This document shows, in pieces, positions 1 to 7,930 of a DNA stretch of 42,212 nucleotides (position 1 is the stretch's first letter; each line of letters begins with the position of its first letter). The position numbers were made by a program, and so were the translations under genes. The notes below the pieces were generated by a model, which was not told where the DNA came from, searched no databases, and was given only the letters and a program-made list of their open reading frames with translations. The stretch lies in IMG/VR virus record IMGVR_UViG_3300029258_004576; one strand, 5' to 3'. Origin of the DNA: a virus.

Positions 1-265
1 TCACAGCGTTGGCTACAGTTACATTCAGAGTGGTGTCGTCATTGTACGATTTCATACTGGGAGCGCTTCGTAAGAAGTGATGACGTAGGGGGTTATTGGG
101 TACTTCCTCTGATGTTTCCCCTGGTGTTTCCCCTGGTACTTCCTCTGATGTTTCCCTTCACAGTACCCAATCACCCCCTACGTCATCACTTCTTACGAAG
201 CGCTCCCAGTATGAAATCGTACAATGACGACACCACTCTGAATGTAACTGTAGCCAACGCTGTGA
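1..265. repeat. 104-bp inverted repeat (1-104 / 162-265, one mismatch) around a 57-nt spacer
   Basis: 1-104 is the reverse complement of 162-265. A 22-nt direct repeat ggtacttcctctgatgtttccc occurs at 99-120 and 135-156. Confidence 0.95.
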
Positions 266-354
266 TCACTACTACTTCCTCGTATCCTACCTTCATCTCT
301 TCCTCCTTGTTGATCTGTTACTCCCAATATCCTATTACGCCGTAAAGATTTGCT

Positions 355-428
355 GTGACCTTTATTCTGCAAAGTGACCTTTATTCTGCAAAGTGACATA
401 ACCCTAGTTTTCCCACCCTAGTTTTCCC
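355..428. repeat. Short tandem repeats: 19-mer gtgacctttattctgcaaa x2.3 and 14-mer accctagttttccc x2
   Basis: Copies at 355-373, 374-392 and 393-397; 401-414 and 415-428. Confidence 0.9.
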
Positions 429-709
429 TAGTTCTCGTTCTCCCCCTCTATAGCTGTCACACTCTCCACAAACTGTGTAAGATGCATCCTCAACTGTGAA
501 TATAACCTCAACCCGTTGTTCTCCTCCTCAAGTAACTCATTGCTTGCCCTCAGCTTCTTTACCTCCCCCTCTAACTCCCTTATCGTATACCTCAACCCCT
601 CTACCTCCGCTTCCCTCCTGCCCGCCTCTATCACCTCCTCATACAACTTCCTGTTCTCCTCATCACCGTAAACCTTCTTCTTACTTCTCTTGTTCCCATT
701 GCCAACCAT
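428..709 (-). CDS. Hypothetical coiled-coil protein
   Basis: 93-aa ORF on the coding strand with a heptad-rich E/L/K stretch. Confidence 0.6.
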   Translation of the reverse strand: MVGNGNKRSKKKVYGDEENRKLYEEVIEAGRREAEVEGLRYTIRELEGEVKKLRASNELLEEENNGLRLYSQLRMHLTQFVESVTAIEGENEN

Positions 710-858
710 TGTGTTTACCTTCCCGCCAATTTGCGACTTAGTTTTTTGTTAGCTCTCACGCCGCCTCACGCGCTCTCTGCTGGCACCTGTGCTCGGTATG
801 ACCCTACCCCGCCCTGACCCGCTCTCTCCCGCTCAATGCCCCCGGTGTCCAGGTAGAT

Positions 859-969
859 AACCGATTACCAGTTACCACCTGCTTACTACCTGCCATCTGC
901 CAAATGACCAGTCACCATGCGATTATTCGAGTGGTGACCAGTTACCTCACAACCGATTACCAGTTACCA
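859..969. repeat. Dispersed direct repeats aaccgattaccagttacca, plus partial gaccagt(c/t)acc copies
   Basis: Identical 19-mers at 859-877 and 951-969; partial copies near 906 and 936. Confidence 0.8.
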
Positions 970-982
970 ATTTTGCTGGCAC

Positions 983-1210
983 CTATATCCAACCTTTCTT
1001 CTCAGCCCAATATTCCTTGATCAACAAATCCCCACAATCTCCCACCTGGTGAACCTCCGAGTCATCATGCACAGCACTGTACGGTATCCACTCGTTCTCC
1101 TCGAAGTCCATCGCCTCCACCAGAATCGCCTTCCGCTTACCTTTTTGTTCACCCTTGTCGTGATAAGTTTCATGCACAATCAACGCATCCTCGATCAAAT
1201 GACTACTCAT
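983..1210 (-). CDS. Hypothetical phage protein
   Basis: 75-aa ORF with protein-like composition (WIPYS motif, WAEKKG end). Confidence 0.7.
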   Translation of the reverse strand: MSSHLIEDALIVHETYHDKGEQKGKRKAILVEAMDFEENEWIPYSAVHDDSEVHQVGDCGDLLIKEYWAEKKGWI

Positions 1211-1300
1211 CCCATCATCCTTTCTACCTTGCTAAAAGCATAGCACAAAAGTAGTACCCAAACCATTTAAAAGCGTAATATCTTTACGTTTTTTAAAAAA

Positions 1301-1552
1301 TCAAGATAGCTTCTTTCGCCACTCTCTAACCAAATCTGCCTCGCTATCAAACATCCGACTATCGCCGTCAATGTAATACACCATCTCACAATCTGCTTCA
1401 CTTAATGCATCATACGGAGTCGACATCTCCAAAAACAAACCACGATCCAAATCACCATAGGCCATCAATATCGAATCGCCTTGATCCATGACATCTATGC
1501 ACTCCCAATCTAGCAATGAACGACTGAGCAAACTTTCCCGCTCGCCTGCCAT
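1301..1552 (-). CDS. Hypothetical protein
   Basis: 83-aa acidic ORF preceded by a GAGG RBS. Confidence 0.65.
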   Translation of the reverse strand: MAGERESLLSRSLLDWECIDVMDQGDSILMAYGDLDRGLFLEMSTPYDALSEADCEMVYYIDGDSRMFDSEADLVREWRKKLS

Positions 1553-1580
1553 AACGACCTCATTGTTTGAAAAAAGTGTA

Positions 1581-1622
1581 AAAAAAACTCGACACCGCCC
1601 ACGGGAGTACGAGCGATGTCGA
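1581..1622 (-). terminator. Rho-independent terminator
   Basis: Minus strand: TCGACATCGCTC-loop-GGGCGGTGTCGA, then G and a T-run. Confidence 0.75.
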
Positions 1623-1713
1623 TAGGCGATGACTGTGTAACCAGTTTCGTAAATTCAGGCATGGTTGGGTACCTGTTAGGGCAAATTCACGAAATCTAGT
1701 TCGTTCACACAGT
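1581..1713 (-). ncRNA. Candidate structured small RNA (~130 nt)
   Basis: Long imperfect hairpin 1632-1713 (ACUGUGU/ACACAGU, UUUCGUGAAUU/AAUUUACGAAA, CAGGUA/UGCCUG). It starts 4 nt after a -10 box and ends at an intrinsic terminator; no ORF of 60 aa or more. Confidence 0.65.
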
Positions 1714-1717
1714 AAAA

Positions 1718-1746
1718 AGAGTAATCTTTCAATTTTCACCTGTCAA
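1718..1746 (-). promoter_or_regulatory. Sigma70-type promoter
   Basis: TTGACA-N17-TACTCT on the minus strand. Confidence 0.7.
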
Positions 1747-1849
1747 GTCACTATGTTAAATCATTTTTTTTAGATTATACACATACCGCATATTAACCAT
1801 GCCACTAACCTATCTTTTGACGACTTTCCGATCCACTGCGAATTTTCCA

Positions 1850-2116
1850 TCAATTCGCTTTTCGGGTAACACGCCTTCTGAGGTTTTTAACAATCCTGGT
1901 GATCTCCTCAAGGAACACATCTTGCTCTCCTATGCTCGGAGTACGCTTCCATTCACTCATCATTCTGACCTTGAAAGCACTCAACATTGATTCAGCAAAC
2001 GTACCCCCTATGGCGTCTGCTACCAGCTCCAAAGCCATCTCTTTTGTCTCCCTCTTTGTGATCCGTAAATTTTTCCTTCTCGGAATTTTTGGTTCAGAAC
2101 TACCCTTCTTTACCAT
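1850..2116 (-). CDS. Hypothetical basic protein
   Basis: 88-aa ORF; ATG lies 3 nt after the stop of the phosphoesterase 3' fragment. Confidence 0.65.
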   Translation of the reverse strand: MVKKGSSEPKIPRRKNLRITKRETKEMALELVADAIGGTFAESMLSAFKVRMMSEWKRTPSIGEQDVFLEEITRIVKNLRRRVTRKAN

Positions 2117-2119
2117 CGT

Positions 2120-2221
2120 TCAAAATCCTTCCTTGTGCCTATTCCTAACAACACTTTTCCAATCACATGTACCCCTCTTTTTGCCAAACAATGGCAACAC
2201 AATCTCCAGATTAACTGGCAT
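2120..2221 (-). pseudogene. 3' fragment of the interrupted metallophosphoesterase (MPVNLEIV...EGF*)
   Basis: In frame with the 5' fragment once the IS is removed. YMPVNLEI resembles the Y-x-P-V-S-L C-terminal motif of phage phosphoesterases. Confidence 0.6.
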
Positions 2222-2330
2222 TTGACATCCTCCCCGCTCTGAAGGACGGGGATTCCTTGAGTTAAACCCAAAAATGGTTCCTGCTTCTTAGGGCTGACCA
2301 ATGTCAATCCCTCCACAGGCTGCTGCGGCG
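2202..2330 (-). ncRNA. Predicted TnpB omegaRNA/reRNA; guide ~ATGCCAGTTAATCTGGAGAT (2221-2202)
   Basis: By established TnpB biology the scaffold overlaps the tnpB 3' end and right-end hairpin, and the guide is the flank after TCAA. The 5' boundary is uncertain. Confidence 0.6.
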
Positions 2331-3526
2331 TGCCCCGCCGCCAAAATGTTTCTCGCTGCTACCAAATCAGCATTCTCTGTATACCCACACTCGATGCACT
2401 TGAACCTTTTCTGAGTTTTCCTGTTCTCAGAAGAAATGGTCTCACATACCGGGCATTTCTGCGATGTGTATTGAGGAGGTATAGCGATCACCTCTCCTCC
2501 ACGCCAATGCTGCTTGTACTCCAACTGCCTTCGAAATTCAGACCATCCCTGATCCAGTATCGACTTGTTCAATCCCGATTTCGCTTTCACATTCTTGCCA
2601 GGATTTTCCAAAGTTCCCTTTGCAGATCCACTCATGTTTTTTACCTTCAGATCCTCTACGATGATCATCGCGTGGTTTTTGCTTATCTCTGTAGAAGCCT
2701 TATGTAAAAAATCCTTTCGAGTGTCGGATATGCGAATGTGTAACCTTGATACCCTCTTCTTCTGTTTATACCTGTTTTGTGAACCTTTCTTTTTACGAGA
2801 CAACCTACGTTGTTCTTTAGTAAGACGGCTCTCCAGCCTGCGAAAGCTGTTCAACGGCTCGATTACTGTACCATCTGACAAGGTTGCAAATCGAGCTATC
2901 CCCATGTCGATACCAACTATCTTACGAGAAGGATGTACTGAATCAACTACCTCTTGCTCTGTCTGGATAGACACATACCAATGCTCACCACTTCGAGATA
3001 CTGTCACGTTTTTGGGTTTACCCTCTATGTCTCGACTCTTGTAAAATCGTACCCAACCAACTTTTGGAAGAAAAATACGATTCCCATCGATCCTAAACCC
3101 TTGAGGATAACGAAAAGAATCACTCATCCCTTTCTTCTTGAATCGAGGAAATCGCTTATTTGACTGCTTCTTGTCAAAAAAATCAGAAAACGCCCGAGAT
3201 AAATCTCTTAACTTTTGTTGAAGTACTTGAGATGGAGCATCACTCAAAAACGATGTGTCTTCTGCCTTTTTTAATACAACTACTTGACTGGTTAAATCAA
3301 ACCAACCCTCTACCTTCTCTCCACTATCCAACCGAACTTTCTGCTCTGCAAGAAATCGATTCCATACAAATCGAGTGCAACCAGCAAACTGCCTGAATAA
3401 CTGCTCAGTGTCACAACTTGTCTTCAACCGAAACCGATATGCCTTGCGTATGATCATATTTTTCTAAACTTCTCCAAAAACACCTTATATCCCCATACTT
3501 AAGTACGGGGTTTTACGGTGCGTTCG
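2222..3526 (-). mobile_element. Non-autonomous IS200/IS605-family element (tnpB only)
   Basis: Left end follows TTAT (3527-3530) and has hairpin CCCCGTACTTAAGTATGGGG. Right end is GGAATCCCCGTCCTTCAGAGCGGGGAGGATGTCAA, ending TCAA at 2222. No tnpA and no target duplication. Confidence 0.88.
2288..3457 (-). CDS. tnpB: RNA-guided endonuclease TnpB
   Basis: N-terminal KAYRFRL/GCTRFVWN HTH, RuvC motifs GIDMG, VEDL and NAD, and a CPVC/CIEC zinc finger; all catalytic residues present. Confidence 0.96.
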   Translation of the reverse strand: MIIRKAYRFRLKTSCDTEQLFRQFAGCTRFVWNRFLAEQKVRLDSGEKVEGWFDLTSQVVVLKKAEDTSFLSDAPSQVLQQKLRDLSRAFSDFFDKKQSNKRFPRFKKKGMSDSFRYPQGFRIDGNRIFLPKVGWVRFYKSRDIEGKPKNVTVSRSGEHWYVSIQTEQEVVDSVHPSRKIVGIDMGIARFATLSDGTVIEPLNSFRRLESRLTKEQRRLSRKKKGSQNRYKQKKRVSRLHIRISDTRKDFLHKASTEISKNHAMIIVEDLKVKNMSGSAKGTLENPGKNVKAKSGLNKSILDQGWSEFRRQLEYKQHWRGGEVIAIPPQYTSQKCPVCETISSENRKTQKRFKCIECGYTENADLVAARNILAAGHAAAACGGIDIGQP

Positions 3527-3763
3527 ATAACGCATCACTCTCGTATGCGTATCACGACCAGGGAGTGCCAGATCTCCCACGATGATATAAAGGTCGTTCG
3601 GTTTGACCACTTCTCGCGCTATCGAGATCAACATATTATCGTGCCTGTCTATGTTGTCCCAAGGTCGCTTCTCGTACTCAAGTATATTCCTATGTCCCAA
3701 GTGTAAATCACCTGTCAACCAAATGTCGCCATCAAACCACGACGTATCAAACAGAGGTATCAA
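3527..3763 (-). pseudogene. 5' fragment of a calcineurin-like metallophosphoesterase
   Basis: GDLHLGHRNI and IVGDL motifs; interrupted after Tyr79 by the IS; GNHD and HGH motifs absent. Confidence 0.85.
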
Positions 3764-5871
3764 ACCTCACCCTCCAGCCACCTCGTTATCTGATTATCTC
3801 TTAGGCTCTTTGCTAATTTCATCCTCGGCAAACTATTCAAAAAGATCGAACCATATCCTTTGGTCACTAACCGATTATCGAGCACTACGATAATTCCCCG
3901 ATCACTCTCTCTCCTGATCAGCCGACCAACACCTTGCCTGAACTGAAGCACGGCACGAGGTATAGAGATACCCCAGAAACCACCCTCTACCGCCCTCTCA
4001 GACAGCGCAGCCAGCACAGGGTTGGCAGGAGATGGGAAAGGTATCTTGTCTATCACGAGGCATGACAGGCTCTCTCCTGGCACGTCTATACCCGTCCAAA
4101 ACGATTCCGTGCCCAACAATACACTCCCCACATCCGCTGTGAACTCCTCTATCAGTTTACGCCGAGGAGCTGTCCCCTGAACCAAACAATTCAAGTCCGG
4201 CATCTCTTCCTGAATATACTCCGCCACATAATGCAACACTCGATACGACGTAAACAATCCCAGTGTCCGCCCACCAGCCTGTTTGATGATCTCCGCCATC
4301 GCAACAGATACCCGCACGGGATAGTTGTCCTGTTTTGGATCCGGCGCACGATCACTCAACAAAATACATGCCTGCTCTCGGAAGTTGAATGGCGAGCCCA
4401 CCAACACTTCACCACATTTTGCCAGCCCTAACTCTTTTCGCAAAAACGAACAATCACCATCTACAGCCAAGGTCGCAGATGTAACCACCGTAGATTTTGT
4501 TCGCTCGAACAAATTTTGCCACAGTATATCCCCCACATCTAATTTCCGATTGACGATATTCAACCATCGATTCTTACCCGCTCGCTCGATGAAATACACA
4601 CTGTTCTGATCACCCAATTCCATGGCATCTCTAAGATGATCCACAACTCTCTTAAGCTGACCAGCCTTCTTCCTGATCTCTTCCCTCGAAAAACCATCAA
4701 CAGAAAACTCGCTAAAATCCAACAATGAATCAGCTACATCCACCAACGACTGAGCCAACGCCAATCCCCTGACCACATCCGTACGCGTAATACGCATCTG
4801 CCCCTTGTGATCACCAAACACCTCTGCTACCTCATCCCAGAACTTCTTTATACCCCCATGCGCCGCATTTATCCGAGCAGCAACAATTTCCCCTTCTTCA
4901 TCTGACGTACCAGCCTTTGACACAACCTTTCTCAGCATGTTGACAGCTTGGTTCATAACTGCTTGAGAAATATGCCAACCGAAAAAAGCTCTGGCTATAT
5001 CAGGCATCTTGTGACCTTCATCGCAAATCAAATATTTGAATGGCGGTAATACAATATCTTTACCAGTCTCCATTTGTACTTTCACCGCTGAAAACAACAT
5101 ATGATAGTTCACGATAATCACGTCCATGAACTGAAGTGCCTTACGCGCACTCTCGGCATGACAGCCAACCTCTTTTCGATATGGACATTCTGATCCAATG
5201 CACTCCTCAGCCGTCACCGAGAACTTCCTCCACGTCTCCGACCTTGGCTCTATCTCCAACTCAGATTTATCTCCAAACTCTGTCTCCTGCGACCACTTGC
5301 AGATCGCCTCCTCATCCGAATTTATTACGTCGTAAAGATCTTTGAGCTGTACCGTACTAACATCCTTACCCATTGGTACAGCCTCGGAAGCCGTCTCTAA
5401 CCGGAACTTGTCCAACTGAGATTTACAGAGATAATTGTTCCGCCCTTTTACCAACGCAAAATTGAAATTATTCGGCAAAGCCCTTCTCAGTGTCGGCAAA
5501 TCCTTGAAATACAGCTGCTCCTGCAACGCAATATTTGCCGTAGCAATCACAACACGAGAAGGCTCTTCGGAATCCTCCTCAAAATCTTCCCCTTCACCCC
5601 CTTCATACTCACGATCCTCTACCTTCTCCTCGTGATCAGAAGATTCCGAATCCAACTGAGACTGTCTGATTGCCGGTATAGAGTACGACAATGTCTTCCC
5701 AACCCCTGTCATCCCCTCAGCCATAAGATGCCCTCCAGCTCGCATCTTTTCGGCTATAGCCACTGCCAACTCTATTTGTGGTTGCCGTGGCTCATACTGC
5801 TCAAGAACTCGATGTAACAACCCACCTACTTCAAAGGCTTCTTGTATTGTCCAAACTCCCAATTCAGGCAC
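3760..5871 (-). CDS. DinG/YoaA-family ATP-dependent Fe-S helicase
   Basis: Q motif (RQPQ), TGVGKT, KGRNNYLC with an ECIGSECPY...C cluster, DEGH, TSAT, FTSY, GIDVPG, QGVGRLIR. Confidence 0.93.
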   Translation of the reverse strand: MPELGVWTIQEAFEVGGLLHRVLEQYEPRQPQIELAVAIAEKMRAGGHLMAEGMTGVGKTLSYSIPAIRQSQLDSESSDHEEKVEDREYEGGEGEDFEEDSEEPSRVVIATANIALQEQLYFKDLPTLRRALPNNFNFALVKGRNNYLCKSQLDKFRLETASEAVPMGKDVSTVQLKDLYDVINSDEEAICKWSQETEFGDKSELEIEPRSETWRKFSVTAEECIGSECPYRKEVGCHAESARKALQFMDVIIVNYHMLFSAVKVQMETGKDIVLPPFKYLICDEGHKMPDIARAFFGWHISQAVMNQAVNMLRKVVSKAGTSDEEGEIVAARINAAHGGIKKFWDEVAEVFGDHKGQMRITRTDVVRGLALAQSLVDVADSLLDFSEFSVDGFSREEIRKKAGQLKRVVDHLRDAMELGDQNSVYFIERAGKNRWLNIVNRKLDVGDILWQNLFERTKSTVVTSATLAVDGDCSFLRKELGLAKCGEVLVGSPFNFREQACILLSDRAPDPKQDNYPVRVSVAMAEIIKQAGGRTLGLFTSYRVLHYVAEYIQEEMPDLNCLVQGTAPRRKLIEEFTADVGSVLLGTESFWTGIDVPGESLSCLVIDKIPFPSPANPVLAALSERAVEGGFWGISIPRAVLQFRQGVGRLIRRESDRGIIVVLDNRLVTKGYGSIFLNSLPRMKLAKSLRDNQITRWLEGEV

Positions 5872-5900
5872 CTCTCTAAATTAAAAATCTAAGGTGCCTC

Positions 5901-5929
5901 AGCCTATTGTACAAGCTCTCTGTTTGCAA
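5901..5929 (-). promoter_or_regulatory. Sigma70-type promoter for the DinG gene
   Basis: TTGCAA-N17-TAGGCT. Confidence 0.55.
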
Positions 5930-5967
5930 GGTAAAAACGAACTCGAATTCAGAAAATGTGAAAGATT

Positions 5968-6480
5968 TTATTTTACCGAGCCACTTCTGTTCTTTCTCTC
6001 CCTAGACGCGTCATCCGGCAAAACCCCCTCCAGCATATACTGCGCTGAACTCACAGCCGAAGCTCGCAGTAAAAACTGCTCACGCAAATCCTTGGTATCA
6101 CTAACCGAATCATGCCCAATGATGCAATCACGACAATAGTAACCATCTCGCCAATAATCTTCAGCCTTCTGATTGCACCCTGACGTCATACAGTATCCGC
6201 CAGCCCATGGCTTCAACCGCTCAATCTCTTTAGACTTGTCGTCCAACTCCTCAAACCACAACACAGACGGGACATAACGCTTCACTCTCGCCTTCCCAAC
6301 ACAACAAACATATCCCTTCTCTGATAAAACTTTTATGTGACTACGAACCCGACTGTCGCTTTTTTTCAACTGCACACGGATTTGACGTACTGAAACAGGA
6401 TGATTCCACATCGTGATAGCCCTCTGCAACGCCTGCAAAAAAATATACTGCTGTGGAGTTAACTTTTTTGACTCAGCCAC
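5968..6480 (-). CDS. LexA-like winged-HTH protein with a C-terminal Cys4 zinc finger
   Basis: LTPQQ...PVSVRQI...VRSHIKVLSEKGYV matches the LexA DNA-binding domain pattern. It is followed by CxxxxC...CxxC; no S24 peptidase domain. Confidence 0.7.
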   Translation of the reverse strand: MAESKKLTPQQYIFLQALQRAITMWNHPVSVRQIRVQLKKSDSRVRSHIKVLSEKGYVCCVGKARVKRYVPSVLWFEELDDKSKEIERLKPWAGGYCMTSGCNQKAEDYWRDGYYCRDCIIGHDSVSDTKDLREQFLLRASAVSSAQYMLEGVLPDDASRERKNRSGSVK

Positions 6481-6506
6481 TGCCCATCCTATTTTTTCGT
6501 GGAAAT

Positions 6507-7058
6507 CTATCGAGGTTTTATATCAACGCGCTCTGTCTGCTCTAAATGTACTCCCTCGATTGACTTCACCTGTTCCTTCACCAATGCCTGTTTCGCATAA
6601 GACTTGTCAACCGGCCATTTTTTCCATTCTGGAATTGGCTTTGGTACTGACCGATATTTTTTAGGAACCTTATCAAGATCATCAACAATTAATGAAACCG
6701 GATTTGGAGTAACTTTGAATTTCCAATTGGGGGTTTCTACCTGGCCACCCTGCGACTCGACCTCTAACAACACTCCCTCTTTCACCTTGCTCACAACCTC
6801 TTCCATCCGCTTCTTCGCTCGTGAAACAATCGATGCCACCGATTTGATGTGCTTAACCAATCCCTCAATATCTGCATACAAATAACCAGTAGCCTCTAGC
6901 CTCTCTATATCATTCGCAATCGCAGAAACCCTGCCCAACTCCTCCAACGCAGCCTCTTCTCTGTCAAGTAGTTTTGTGACTGCGATCTTGGTCTCCTCGA
7001 CCTTCGCTTCCGTTTCGCTCATGCCACTAAATGCTGACATAAATACTCCGTCTTCCAT
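6507..7058 (-). CDS. Siphovirus Gp157-like protein
   Basis: Coiled-coil followed by NPVSLIVDDLDKVPKKY...VDK..AKQAL...IEGVHLEQ. Confidence 0.75.
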   Translation of the reverse strand: MEDGVFMSAFSGMSETEAKVEETKIAVTKLLDREEAALEELGRVSAIANDIERLEATGYLYADIEGLVKHIKSVASIVSRAKKRMEEVVSKVKEGVLLEVESQGGQVETPNWKFKVTPNPVSLIVDDLDKVPKKYRSVPKPIPEWKKWPVDKSYAKQALVKEQVKSIEGVHLEQTERVDIKPR

Positions 7059-7100
7059 CTTTTTCTCTCCTTGTAATATTTGACCAATATTAAAATCTGG

Positions 7101-7358
7101 TCAAGTGTATTTTTTCCGGTCTTTCTGTTTTATTCCCCCTCCATTATATATTTGCTTCAACTCCTCAAAGGTCAACCCATACCGTTCTTCTAAACTATTT
7201 TTGTATACATAGTCCTGAAAACACAGGTTGGCCATATCTCCACTGAACTTACCTCTACCATAAAACCTATCCATGTCCTCCTTGATTGTCCCTCTGTCAA
7301 TCGCCTTCATATCATCTCCCTCCTGATCAAGATTACTCATCCCGGAATCTGTAATCAT
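7101..7358 (-). CDS. Hypothetical protein (likely start MKAID, 7310)
   Basis: GGAGGGAG RBS precedes the internal ATG. Confidence 0.6.
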   Translation of the reverse strand: MITDSGMSNLDQEGDDMKAIDRGTIKEDMDRFYGRGKFSGDMANLCFQDYVYKNSLEERYGLTFEELKQIYNGGGIKQKDRKKYT

Positions 7359-7554
7359 CTATTCCGTGACCTATCCGATTGCCTGTCAACCCCGCAATGA
7401 TACCCCCTATGATGCCCAAGGGAACCGTAGCCACCATCGCAATACCCCCTGTAGCCAATCCTATCGCTGCGCCTTTAGCCGCTCCTGCGATTGCTCCACC
7501 GACTACACCAACCGTGGTCAATGCAATCTCTCCCGCATTATCTTCCTTTTTCAT
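7333..7554 (-). CDS. Glycine-zipper membrane protein
   Basis: GxxxG repeats (GVVGGAIAGAAKGAAIG...GIIGGIIAG); AAGGTG RBS before MKKED. Confidence 0.75.
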   Translation of the reverse strand: MKKEDNAGEIALTTVGVVGGAIAGAAKGAAIGLATGGIAMVATVPLGIIGGIIAGLTGNRIGHGIDDYRFRDE

Positions 7555-7720
7555 CCGATTCACCTTTCTATTCTTCATCCAATGAAGCCAACCGTCTTGC
7601 TTCTCGCTTTTTCTTCAATCTTTCTTTGACTACCTCAACAGAATTCTTCGACAATCTCTGTTTCAGATCATGCACAATTTCCAATTCCTTACGCTCCATC
7701 CAATCATATTCAGTTGGCCT

Positions 7721-7918
7721 TTATGATCTAATCTGATCACAAGCTTCTTTCATTCTCCGTCTCGCCCGAGCACAAATCGTATCAATCCTGTGAGAGTAAT
7801 TCAAAAGATTCTCTTCACTCTCCCAACCACACATTACGCAACAACCACAGGAGACAGTCCTTTTCTTACAACTTGGACACACACCTGTTTTTTTCCAATC
7901 ACAATTGTCTGATCCCAT
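7721..7918 (-). CDS. Small zinc-ribbon protein
   Basis: CPSC...CVMCGW; the frame stays open after the TAA until 7568. Confidence 0.55.
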   Translation of the reverse strand: MGSDNCDWKKTGVCPSCKKRTVSCGCCVMCGWESEENLLNYSHRIDTICARARRRMKEACDQIRS

Positions 7919-7930
7919 GCTAAAAACTTT

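Noticed and set aside
112-399. Short ORFs at the left end
   Set aside because: They derive from repeat and inverted-repeat DNA and have no protein-like features.
2110-2316. 68-aa ORF
   Set aside because: It spans the IS right end and flank; the meaningful frame is 2120-2221.
2222-3526. IStron (group I intron carrying tnpB)
   Set aside because: Only ~70 nt lie between the left end and the tnpB start, leaving no room for a ribozyme core.
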